This document shows, piece by piece, positions 51,432 to 64,000 of a stretch of 64,000 nt of DNA. A model generated the notes under the pieces. It ran no database searches and was not told where the DNA came from. It was given only the letters and a program-made list of their open reading frames with translations. Both the position numbers and the translations under genes were made by a program. Every line of letters starts with the position of its first letter. Positions within the stretch are counted from its first letter, which is position 1. This stretch comes from the human T2T-CHM13v2.0 reference genome, Homo sapiens, in assembly GCF_009914755.1 (NCBI RefSeq), contig NC_060945.1, one strand, 5' to 3'.

Positions 51432-51911
51432 CAATGGTCCCCAACCTTTTTTGGCACCAGGGACCAGTTTCACAGAAGACAGTTTTTCCGTGGATTGGGG
51501 CAGGGGAATTCAAGCGCATTACATTATGGTGTGCTTTGTATCTATTATTACTACATTGTAGTGTATAGTGAGATAATTATACAACTCACCATAATGTAGA
51601 ATCAGTGGAAGCCTTGAGTTTGTTTCCCTGCAACTAGACAGTTTCATCTGGAGGTGATGGGAGACAGTGACAGAGTATCAGGCATTAAATTCTCATAAGG
51701 AACACGCAACCTAGATACCTCGCATGTGCAGCTCACAGTAGGGTTTGTGCTCCTATGAGAATTTAATGCTACCACTGATCTGACAGGAAGTGAAGCTCAG
51801 GCGGTAATGTGAGTGAAAGGGAGCGACTGTAAATACAGATGAAACTTTATCCACTCGCCTGCCAGTCACCTCCTGTTGTGTGGTCTGTGGCCTGGGGTTT
51901 GGGGACCTCTG
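51432..51911. mobile_element. MER1-type hAT-Charlie DNA transposon
   Basis: TIRs caatggtccccaacc / gtttggggacctctg; exact 8-bp TSD ATCTGCCT at 51424-51431 and 51912-51919. Confidence 0.9.
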
Positions 51912-53551
51912 ATCTGCCTGCTTGTCCTCTCTTAACCCTTTTCCAAATAGAAGGCTTATACCAGTGATTCTAAAGCATTGGTCACGCCTGGAACCCTAGC
52001 TGCAAAGAAATCCAACCAGTACAGTTTAGCACAGAGAGAAGAATTTGTAATAGACATAGAGTCATCCAGTCAACCTTATTCATTACAGTATTTTACTAAA
52101 CTTGTATAAGTACCCAAGTTAGAAAAGAAAATTAGGAAACTGTTTTTGGTAGGTTGAATTTTAGCTTTTTAAAATTTAGAATAATTTCATCTCTGAACAT
52201 ATATTGTTCACAATTATGTTTCACAAACCACATTTTTCTTCAGACTCTGACAATGGTAGTTACGTACTTCTGATCCTTAATTCCCTCAGGACTGATTATT
52301 GGGAATAGGAAATAAATTAGTAGTTTTTATCTTTAAAAGCCTAGTGACCTCTTGATGCAAGTATGTTTAAGAAGAGTTCGCTTAAAGCCATTAAAGTATG
52401 AAATCTAGATGAAGGATTAGGAAATAGATTTTAACAAAAAATATTTTTGATTCTGATTGTTTTTATCATGTATATTTGAAAAATGATTCTCTTTAAACTA
52501 CCTGAGAATGATAGTAGTAGTTTCTTGCAATACTGGTTTTCACAGAAGATCGAAGTTGAGTTGTGCTTTTTCTTTAAGCTGTACTTTGATTGAATTTTGA
52601 TATAGATTGTAATAGATTCAGTAAGAAACAGAAGCAGTTATGTAATATGACAGTGTCTTAGAGCTGTCATTTTAGTCTGAGGTTATTTCGTAAAGGGCTA
52701 ATTCCATTTTGAATAGATAAATAAAAGTATATCTTATAGAGAGTACTGCACACATAATGAAATAACTGTTTTTATGGCATAATTTCTTGGCTTAATTATA
52801 ATTTAATTAGGTATAATCAAATTATAATTTAATAGGTTTAAATGTGTTTTAAACTATCCAGAATTAAATCAAAATCAGAATTTTGATTTAATTCTGGATA
52901 GTTGAGGAGCCTTTGTATTAATAAATTATTTATTTTTATTTTTTATTTTTTCCATAGGAATTACAGTTCTTAACACCTTTATACTAGGAGCTTAAAATAT
53001 TCAGGATTTGGGTTTTTCTTCATCTCATTTAAAATGAAATTTAGAATTTAATGGTTAATTTAATTTAGTAAATTTGGCATAATTTTTAACACATCTACTT
53101 TGTCCTTTAAAAAGAAAAACTGAGTCAGTAAATAATAATTTTAATTTGCTTAGAAGGATTTTTTAAAATTCCAAGGATAGGTAGCTGCTCATTTATACTC
53201 TGCCTAGTCTAATTTTTATTGTTTCGTATTGGTAATTTTTATTTTTATTTATCTATTTATTTTATTGTGGTAAGAACTGGTACTTCTTTTTTTCTAATGA
53301 TGTTTATAGGTAGGGTTTGTGTGTGTGTCTTATTTTTTATAAAATTATTTTAAACTTGTAGAAAAGTTGCAAGACTAGTAAAAGAATTCTTGAATATCCT
53401 TCACCCAGATTCCCCAAATGTTAACTTTTACTACATTTGCTTTATTCGATGTAGTTTTTCTCTACCATTTGGGAACATATAAACTAAATTATTTTTTGGT
53501 GACTTCTGCGTTTTCATTTAGATTTACAATTTTTTTTTATCCACTGTTCAG

Positions 53552-53797
53552 GAATTGAACCAAAGTTAAACATCCTTGAAATTGTTAAACCTGCGGACAC
53601 TGTTGAGGTTGTTATTGATCCAGATGCCCACCATGCTGAATCAGAAGCACATCTTGTTGAAGAAGCTCAAGTGATAACTCTTGATGGCACAAAACACATC
53701 ACAACCATTTCAGATGAAACTTCAGAACAAGTGACAAGATGGGCTGCTGCACTGGAAGGCTATAGGAAAGAACAAGAACGCCTTGGGATACCCTATG
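53552..53797 (+). CDS. GABPA: GABPA coding exon
   Basis: ttcag|GAATT and TATG|gtaata; 246 nt; (G)IEPKLNILEIVKPADTVEVVIDPDAHHAES...RKEQERLGIPY. Confidence 0.97.
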
Positions 53798-56332
53798 GTA
53801 ATAAAATGCATAATTCTATATTGGGTAGAATAATAGGAATTAAGCTTGACATAGAAGACACTAGGGTAAGTTATAATCTATTTTACATGTAGAGTTATTA
53901 GGATGAATGTTGATTTTCTGTATCTCTCTTTTAATTGTAACGCACATTTAAGCTCATGTGGTGGACAAATTCTGTCCTGCGTGCAGGAAATACAAAGAAG
54001 TCTAAAAAATTTCTGCTCTTAGGGTGTTGAGAGTGTAGTTGAAGAGAGAGAAGATAGATGAAAAGAGATAATTGCCATAAAAGGTAACATGTTTTTAAAC
54101 TGCCAGTAACTCTTGTAGAAGTATGCTATTGGAATCTCAAAGAGATCATAGTTGCCCTGAGGGAAAGCTGAAAAGAGTTTATTATAAATAAGATACCATT
54201 GGGCAGAGAAAGACATTTAAGACAGGAAATGTTATGTGCAAAGCTTAGACCTGGGGGTATGCATGAGTAGTGAGAAAATGGAGTGGTTAAGGAGTTACTC
54301 TGTAGCATTACAGAACTGTTTTTGATTGATGAAAATGATAATTGAAAAATGAATATGGTGGCAATATATGGCATAAGTTGGAACAGGTAGAGACTAAGTG
54401 AAGGGAAAACAGGAGCATATTATTATAGTTGTGACTGGATGATAATGTCTACATTAGCCCAGACTCCAGATGATTTCTTTGGGAGTAGCAAGGAAAAAGT
54501 GGATGAAAACAGTGATAGGACTGAGCAGATTGACAGATTTTATGAGGGTAGAGAGGGAAGATACAAGTATTGATCTAACTTCTCAAGCTTCATCTTGGTG
54601 ACTAAAACAGTAATAATCTTGATAAAAATTGGTTCCATCATCATTACATATTTAGTGAACACTACCGTACACCAGGCACCATGTTAAATGCTGGGCTTAA
54701 TTAAGATGGTGCACTATGAAGAGCATGCTTTCAAAAGCCCAGTTGGGGAAGTAGAGAAGTCTGGTATAGGAAATGTTTTTTTCAAGAGAAGGTGGATAGC
54801 ACTTGATTTTGATGTGGAAGTTTATATTCAGCTGGAGGTTAGCCAGAAAATGGTTTCAGTTATATAAGATTTGGGCTGGAGACAAAGATGTTATATGAGA
54901 CTCATTCCCACTGAATTTATATTTGAAGCTATAAAAGTCTACGTAGTCCCTGATGGAAAGCGAGAAATGGAAAAGAACACACAACTAAAGGCATATACAC
55001 TTGACCCTGTAAACATTTAGGGTTGGAGAAAAGGGAGACAAGAAATAACTGAAGAGACAGAAAGAAAGTAATAACTTATATGTATAGTGTCACTGAAATT
55101 GAGGGGAGAGTTTGGATGGTCAAGACTCTCAGATGCTGCTGAGAAAGTCAAAGAATGCTGACTGATATCTATTAAATTTGATGATCAGAGGATTATTCTT
55201 AAATTTAGACAGAAGTAACTAGAGTTGGCGAGACAAAACAGAATTATAAGAAATAGATATCTTAGAAATGGGGGCAGATGAGGAAGAATGCTGGGGTAAC
55301 AAATAAATAATACTGATCTTCCAAGAGTTGGCGGGGACCTGAGTGTATTTGTAAATGAAACAGTATTGTCGGGTTTTTGTCCTTTTTTTATTTTTTATTT
55401 TTAGAGACAAGGTTGTACCTGGGGAGCAGGGCTGATGACAGAAAGGCTGTATTGTAGAACCACTGTTTTCCCTAGGACATTTTTTTTCTTTCTTTAAACC
55501 AAACCTAAAAGATACACAGTAAATGAGAGAGCTTACCCATGGAACTGAAAGAGAGCTATGGAACCAGACAGCTAATGTAGAATTTCAGTCTGTCCCTCCG
55601 CTGCCCAGTACTGTAGCCACTAATCACACGTCAGCACTTGAAGTGTCTCTGGTCAAAATTAAGATGGGTTGTAAATGTAAAAATACCCATTAAAAGAAAA
55701 AGTATAAAATCTTTTCTAATTTTTTATATTAATTACCAGTTGAAATAACATTTGGAACATTAAGTTAAAATAAATTCATTATTAAGATGTATTTGACCAA
55801 CTTTTTAAATGTAACTATTAGAAAATTTAAAATTACATAATGGTCTGCATTGTATTTCTGTTGGACAGCCCTGATCTTGATAATTGTAGCCTTCAGTTCT
55901 GGATGTTCTTACTGCATTATTTTGATAAATACCTGTGTTCTTTTTGCTGGAACTCCTGTTGAATCTCTTGAGTTGATCTGCTGCATCTTTTTTCTTGTTT
56001 ATTTTTCATCTTACCTATCTGCACTACTTTCTGCCAGATTTTCTTGTGTTTTTAATATAACCTATCTGATTTTTAATTTACAAGGGCTCTTCATTTTTGT
56101 TTGTTCCTTTCTGTAGCATTCTGATCTTATATTGCCAATATCGTGTTTTCTCCTACTTCTCTGAGTATATTGATTATATATTTTTTTTTAACTTTTAAAA
56201 AGCTTTACCGTGGTATATCTGTTTCTTGTGGATTCTGTTTTTCTTGTGGTTTTTGTTTGTGTTGTTTTTAACCTTTCCCAAGTATCTAATTATTTTTGCC
56301 CATCTTTTCATATTTAAGAATTAATCACTTTA

Positions 56333-57026
<694 letters not shown>

Positions 57027-59564
57027 AAGAGTTTCAAACGTGTCAATATTTATAGATCTTTTTGCAGATACCTGTCAGCAGTAGAAGATAGGGGTGAGCA
57101 TTTGGGGTAGGTGTGTATGTGAATACTGTGTTGTGGAACTGGAAAAGGAAGTAGAGCAGGGAGGAGGTAGAGAAGGTGGAGACGGTCTCACTCTTCAGTT
57201 TATAGGCTTTTATTACTGGGAATTGTTCTCTCAGTGTCTGTTCGTGTCTCTCCCCATCTATTAATAAATGTTTTCCCGGTGTCCACATGTGTGGGGTGCA
57301 CTCATTTAACTGGCCCCCCAAATGAAAGAGAGACCCTGGAGGTTCTAACCACACCATCTACTTTAAATCTGTCTCCTTATTTTCAGCTTTAAGCCTCTTG
57401 CTACTCAGAACCACCATGACTTGAACCAGTGAAGGGGGTTCTGCAGGCAGGAATTCTCTCACTTCTTACTGGCATCCTCCTTGGCAAACATTTTAGGTCA
57501 TAGTTTTCCCCTCCTATGCCAAATCGATTACCACTCTGCTTATTGTCTTCAAAACATTAGATTAAATCTTTCATCCATGCCTGTCACTTTGTACTCATGT
57601 TCCTATGATTTTGCATCTTTTAAAAATTCCTTTACTGTTGTTTTACTAGAGTCTTAGAGAAAGGAGGCAGAACATGGGTGGACAATTAGTTATGTTAAAC
57701 CAGAAGTCCTGATATTTGAGAAAACAAATCAGACAAATTATATTTTTCCCTGAGTTTTATTTTTAAATTTTTATGTGAAATTAACTTTGTTTTTCTTTTA
57801 AAAGAGGTGTGTTTCAGGATAGCTTTTCTATTTAACTCTGCTTCTGTTGTTTTCAAGTAGTATAGTACTCACAGATAAGGCAACTTTCTTTTTCAGTTCT
57901 TGTCGACTTTTACCTGGGCCTTCTCCTCTTTCCTTTTCCTTGGCGTCCCTCTGCTGCTCACTTCTAGTTCCACTCTGCCAGTTTCTCCTTACTGTGGGCC
58001 ATTCTCCTGAAAGTGGTTCTTGGCTCAGTTTGACAAACACCCAGGTGCTACATTGCTTCAGCCCTTTAAATCTTAACACACACTGCAGCTATTGGATTGG
58101 GCGAAACTGCTTTTTAGCGTTGCTTTCATCTTGTCCTGTTGTACTTTGAATGCATGCTTCTTGGCTGCGCTCAGGTTTTCCTATGATCAGAGTGGGTCAC
58201 ACTTCCCTTGCTTCCCTTTGCTTTCTCCTGCACACAAGCTAAGACCATGGAGGTCTTATAGCTGTTATTGCTTTGTCTTTACCCTCTTGTATCTTGAGGT
58301 CCATGAAGATATCTTGTCACCTGGTTTTATGTAAATGTTCATGGGTTTTTGGTTTTGTTCTCCAGTCACTTTTTTATGTTTATGTGTACAATTCAGAAAA
58401 ATTAAAAAACTTTGCCACCATCTTCCTAGAATCCTCACTTAACAACTTTATGGAAAAATTTTAAAATATATATTCTGTGGCTATTAATCCTGTATTCTTA
58501 GAATGCTTGCTTTTGCCTTTTGAGGCTAGGGCACCTCTGTTCCTTTAGTCTCAAATGGAATAGTTTCAGTTTCAATAGCACTTTGCCTCTTTGAAGAACT
58601 TTTATAAAATTCTTATGTTTGATTTATTTTCACTATAATTTGCCCTCGATACCTAAATGTTATTTTTTTTCTACTTTTCTTATTGAATAGCATTTATTTA
58701 TTGGGTATATAACCAATATTATTTGAATAGATCATCTTCTTAAAGTGGGAGTACCAGAACCAAAACTAATTTAGCTAATATGTATTAAACTTACACAGAT
58801 AGAATGCTCTATTAGGTGCGGGTGATACAGCAATGTAATATTTATAGATATTGGCCATATTTTTTTATTTATGAATTCAATTAGGTAGTAAATGATAGGG
58901 AAAAGGAAAATTATTTGGATATACTCTTTAAGATTAAACAAGTGTATGAGCAAGGCACTGTTAGGTTCTAAAGATAGAATGGTTTACAAGACACATTTCT
59001 TGTATTAGTGTGTTGTGAGGGGACAGCTGAGTAAAACAGGCAATTACCATGTTTATTTATTTATTGGAAATGCATCATAAGGGTAAATGCAGGAGCAGCC
59101 AGCTTTTTACAGGAAGGAAAAGGGAGGAAAAAGGATATGGTTCATAGTTTGGAGAATAAAGCTAGCTTCTTAGAATCCCCTTTTGATTTTTTTTCAATGC
59201 AACTGCAAATTTTTTTAAACTTGGATAATTTACTTTATTCTCTCCAGAATAATCTCATATTTTATTCTTTCATTTGGCCCACTGGAGAGCAGTTTTGCAT
59301 TTTGTTTTTCTTGATACAGTTCCAGCTGAGGTTGAACCAAGTGACTGCATCAGAAATTTAGATTAAGAAATTGGAAAGGAGCTGAGGAAAAAATTACAGC
59401 ATAATTTTTTTTTTTTTTTTTTTTTTTGCTTCATATAGTAAGTTTACCTCATATACTTGGGGAAAGAAAACATCTGTGTGTATGTGTGTGTATTGAGAAG
59501 TTAACTGTAAATTTACACAGTATCTAAAATGGAACTAGGCTAAAGTGAATATTTTTCTTTCTAG

Positions 59565-59759
59565 ATCCCATACAGTGGTCCACAGACCAAGTCCTGCATT
59601 GGGTGGTTTGGGTAATGAAGGAATTCAGCATGACCGATATAGACCTCACCACACTCAACATTTCGGGGAGAGAATTATGTAGTCTCAACCAAGAAGATTT
59701 TTTTCAGCGGGTTCCTCGGGGAGAAATTCTCTGGAGTCATCTGGAACTTCTCCGAAAAT
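59565..59759 (+). CDS. GABPA: GABPA coding exon (PNT/SAM domain)
   Basis: ttctag|ATCCC and AAAT|gtatga; 195 nt; (D)PIQWSTDQVLHWVVWVMKEFS...GEILWSHLELLRK. Confidence 0.97.
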
Positions 59760-60350
59760 GTATGAAATTACAGTTATTTCTTTACATTGTAATTTAAGCT
59801 TAATTTTATTTCCTTGTAACTTTGTTTTCATCTTAGTTGTTTATTGATAATGATAAGTAATAAGCAATAATAATTAACATTTATTTACTGTATAATGCTA
59901 TGCTGAAAGCTCTATATGTTCTTTAATTCCTATAGTAACACCATAAGTCATTACTTTGCTTATTTTTTAGATAGGAAAGTGAGGCTTTGAGAGCCCCATA
60001 AAGTCACAGCTAGGAAGTGGCAGAGCCAGGATTCAAGCCCAGGCTAACATTAGAATCCAAGTTCTTAAATCAGATGCTGTGCCCTACACTTAGCCCTCTT
60101 CATATATTCCATTTGTTGCCTTCTGTTTGATCAGCTCTTACATTTACTGCTCATCTAGAAACGGAAGAGATCATTTGTTTACAGGTGGCTTCCTACCCAT
60201 TCTCTTCATTATTGATGAGATTAAATCTTTTTTGAAGTCTTTACTATTAATTGAATAGAGTCTTAAGAGGGAAGGAAGTGTATGCAGCCACCTTTTGGCA
60301 TTGGAAGCCATTGGTTATAAGTTTTTCCACTTATAACTTGTAAGGCTTCA

Positions 60351-60633
<283 letters not shown>

Positions 60634-63600
60634 GAGAGAGAGAAGTTTGGAAACTACTTGGCTGTCCAAGAAAACAAGGCACAAATGTAAATTATTTTTG
60701 CTTGAATTTTAATCCATCTTATATTTCAGTCACTGTTAAGACACCGAAAGCAACCCATTCCTTGACAGTTTTGCATATCAGAAATGCTAGCCAGACCCAC
60801 ATATTTTTCAGAACACATGACTACAACATACTCTGACTTTGCTTTTGTATCAGTTATGGATGAAAATGTTAATGATAGCATTTTGTTTTATTATATACCC
60901 AATAAGGAGAGAGCTCTGGTGGAGGGATTTTTCCACCGTAATTCAATGCTTGCAGTTTTCATTCAAGGTGCTTTCTCTGGCCAGGTGCAGTGGCTCACTC
61001 CTGTAACCCCAGCACTTTGGGAGTCTGGGGTGGGCAGATCACTTGAGATGAGGAGTTGAAAGTGCTTTCTCTGCTGGTGAATAAGAAATGAGCTCTGGAG
61101 AGAGGCATTTCTTAATTGTTTATAATTTTATTCTTGTGAGGATTCTCCCAGATGTTTTTTTTAAGTATCTATGATACTAAAAGACTTAGTACATTCATTG
61201 TATTTGCAGCATTTATTTCCAATTTCCATTCTTACTAGATAAGTAAGTTGAATGTCCTGGTTGAAGCTTTGTCCTTGGTTTCACAGATTTCCTTCCCTGC
61301 AGAGGTTTTGAAATGAATAAGGTAGATTCTGAATTGTGAAACATGTGAGTCATGTTTATTGAAACACTTTCTTATAAGAAATCTCAAGAACACAACAAAG
61401 ATAGTGCATAGATGGTAGTTTCATTTTTCCCAAATCCACGTTTTTTCCAGTCTTTCCCAGGTCAGCTGTTTGTTGTGGCTGTCTCTTTCTGGTTCTCTTA
61501 TTGCTTCTCAAACTTTAAAGCTTATTCATAGGCTTTTCCCAGAACAGAAGTCAAAGGTGTCTTGTGTATCTTTCCATTTCCATGCAGTTGAATGAGTCTT
61601 CCTCAGAAAAGCTCTGCTCTGGAACCATTGCTTTGTCTTTTAAAGCAACAAAGTCCCACAGCCTAGATGAGTGTCTCACGGAATTTCTTGGTGATCCAGC
61701 CATGGTTCTTCACTCTGCCGGGGTAGGGAAATCCCATCTGCTTTGGAAATCTAGTGCTCAGTTCAGAATTGGGAGATGGGCAGGATGATGTGTAAGGGTA
61801 TTTCTAACAGACTTTCTAGAATTCACAAGTCTTACTTCTCAGAATAGGGTTTTTTGAGCTCAGTGTAGTTAGTACTCTGGTCCCTTCTGTAGAGAGAAGT
61901 CTGCAGCCTATCTGCGAAAGGCACTGATTCTGGGACAGAACTGTTAATAACCCAGCCTCTATTATCCATCCTCAGTGATCTCTCAAGAAGCAGCAGTACT
62001 GAAGAGGTAGGGCTCCTTCTTCAGATATTTGTATGAGATTATTCACCTGAGCCACCACCTGCCTGCAGTCCCCCCTATGTTGAAACTACATCCAAGTCCC
62101 ACTATACATGGGAGGATAATTAGGAAATGTCCCAGTACTACCAGTTCCATGATGTCCTTCTCGGTGTGAATCTCTGTCTTCTGTCACCAAAGGCAAAGGA
62201 AGTTCTCAGTTTGCTAAGGGTTTTATTTAGGAAAAATAATTGTTTTATTCCTGTAGTGTCTAATGTTTCTTCATAAAATGGCTCCATATCCCCCAGGGCT
62301 TTGCCTCTCAAGACTGCTTACTTTGTGTGTAGCAAGGATTTGGAGGTTTCAGGGAGGAATGTGATATTCAGAGTGCCTGTACTTTGAAGAGATTGGTCTT
62401 GGACCAGTCTTTCAAAAACTTTTTTTTTTTCCCCCTGTGGTCTGCCTTCTGTCTTGAGAGTTTCCAGGAAACAGACCAAACTCCAATCTGAGAATTAGGA
62501 CTTAGAAGGTGATTTTACAAGTTGATTATGCCTGTGCTGTGTGATGGTGATGCTTTCGTTTGCCTCTTTTGAGGCTAGGTTCCTTTAGTCTCAAATAGTT
62601 CCTCTTTGAGGAACTTTTATAAAATTCTGAGGAAAATTTACTACAAACATAAAGTGCGTATTTTTTTTATCAAGAGAGACCACAGTTCTGGAGGAGAATG
62701 CTCAGAACTAGGAGTCTGGATAAAACAGTGAGGTTGTCAGTTGACTGAAAAAGTAACTGTTTTGTGCACTGTGCTTTTTAAAAACATGTTTCTTTAATCC
62801 TCACAATAACCTCATGAGGCAGTAAGTATAGGTGTCTAATTTAAACTTGAAGAAGTTAATGTTGAAAGAGGTCGGTAATTTTACCAAAGTCATATAGTCA
62901 GTAAGAGCTAAGAACTAAATCCAGATCTGTCTGAAGCCAGTCCCATATAATTCTTAAGTCCTCAGTCTTCAGACCCTCAAAGCTCCCATCTGATAGGATT
63001 CTGACCTCTTTTTACTTCCCCAACCTTTTCCAGCTCTGCGTGTCTGGAACTGGATCCTGGCAAGGCACCCTTAGCGGAGTCTTCTTGGGAGCCCAGGCCT
63101 CAGTACCCAGAATGATTGCTGGAGGGTATAGTTTCAATTTCAAGAGAGAGGCATGCAATTTGTGATGGGCACAAAGTAGGCTGAAGTAATAGAGACTGGG
63201 ATGTGCAATTCTTGTGAGAGGTAAAGAATAACATCTAAGTAGGGAATAACAACAGATAAGTAATGAATGGTTCTGTAAAGCCTTATCTCAGGACCTTTAT
63301 AGTATTTTTATTTTGGGAACTATATTTTTAAATGTGAAATTATTTAGTTTAATTGAGACATTTAGGACTGCTACAATTGTGTTGAAAATTTGCTGTCTTT
63401 AAGTAGAAGCATTATAAAGCTTAAGCAGCTTTAGTCAAAAGTGGATGTTATAACAAATAATGGGAAGGAGGCCTTTTTGGTGGAGATACGTACCTAAATA
63501 ATTTAATTTTGGTGTATATTTTATCTTTGATCTGATCTTGAAGATTTCCATATTTTTACATGGCTTTATGTGGATTTCAATACAAATGTTTACATTTAGA

Positions 63601-63866
63601 AAACCATAGTTCTCTGCAGAACTTTACTGAACACTAAAAGACATTGGAGCTTTTCCCTGTGTTATTTCTCTTAAGGTATCTTTTCCTTTTAAAGTGACTA
63701 TCAAATATTTTTAAGGTTTTTATGCCAGTAAGTTTCAGTTCAGTGTTTTGGTTTTAATTGTGGAGTTCTTTTTAAAAGAACCATGTTTATTAAGTTGAGT
63801 TTTATTGGATTGGGGTTTTTATATTTTTGGTTTTAAATAAAAACAAAAAATTTTTGTTTTTTTCAG

Positions 63867-63920
63867 ATGTATTGGCAAGTCAAGAACAACAGATGAATGA
63901 AATAGTTACAATTGATCAAC
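63867..63920 (+). CDS. GABPA: GABPA coding exon (gene continues beyond window; ETS domain not included)
   Basis: tttcag|ATGTA and CAAC|gtgagt; 54 nt; (Y)VLASQEQQMNEIVTIDQ. Confidence 0.95.
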
Positions 63921-64000
63921 GTGAGTATTTGTACCTATATTTGCCCTTTTATTAATAAGAAATGTTTATTTGATACCGCAAGGTAATAAAAAGGAAAATT

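Noticed and set aside
57828-58334. Cluster of 80-100-aa ORFs in GABPA intron 5
   Set aside because: Biased composition, no splice or Kozak support; the region resembles degraded old repeat sequence

Overview
This is primate (apparently human) genomic DNA from the JAM2 - ATP5PF(ATP5J) - GABPA locus, known from chromosome 21q21. It holds the last six coding exons and 3' UTR of JAM2 (+), the complete 108-codon ATP5PF gene (-), a CpG-island bidirectional promoter at about 36.0-37.6 kb, and the first six coding exons of GABPA (+), which continues past the window. All exon boundaries were read by eye at GT/AG and join in frame. The rest is intron and intergenic DNA dense in Alus, MaLR LTRs, hAT DNA transposon relics and L2/L1 fragments. 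Most ORFs in the supplied track are Alu, low-complexity or GC-rich artefacts. I found no CRISPR, tRNA or rRNA, and no clearly novel gene system. The best second-look items are: a single sense Alu that supplies an entire alternative JAM2 terminal exon replacing the PDZ motif; a perfect 24-bp hairpin in GABPA intron 4; two dispersed local duplications that match no repeat family I recognise; a 3x35-bp TGCGCA array; a tailless Alu with a TSD; and alternating inverted Alus around GABPA exons 2-4. Repeat subfamily calls and repeat boundaries are approximate.
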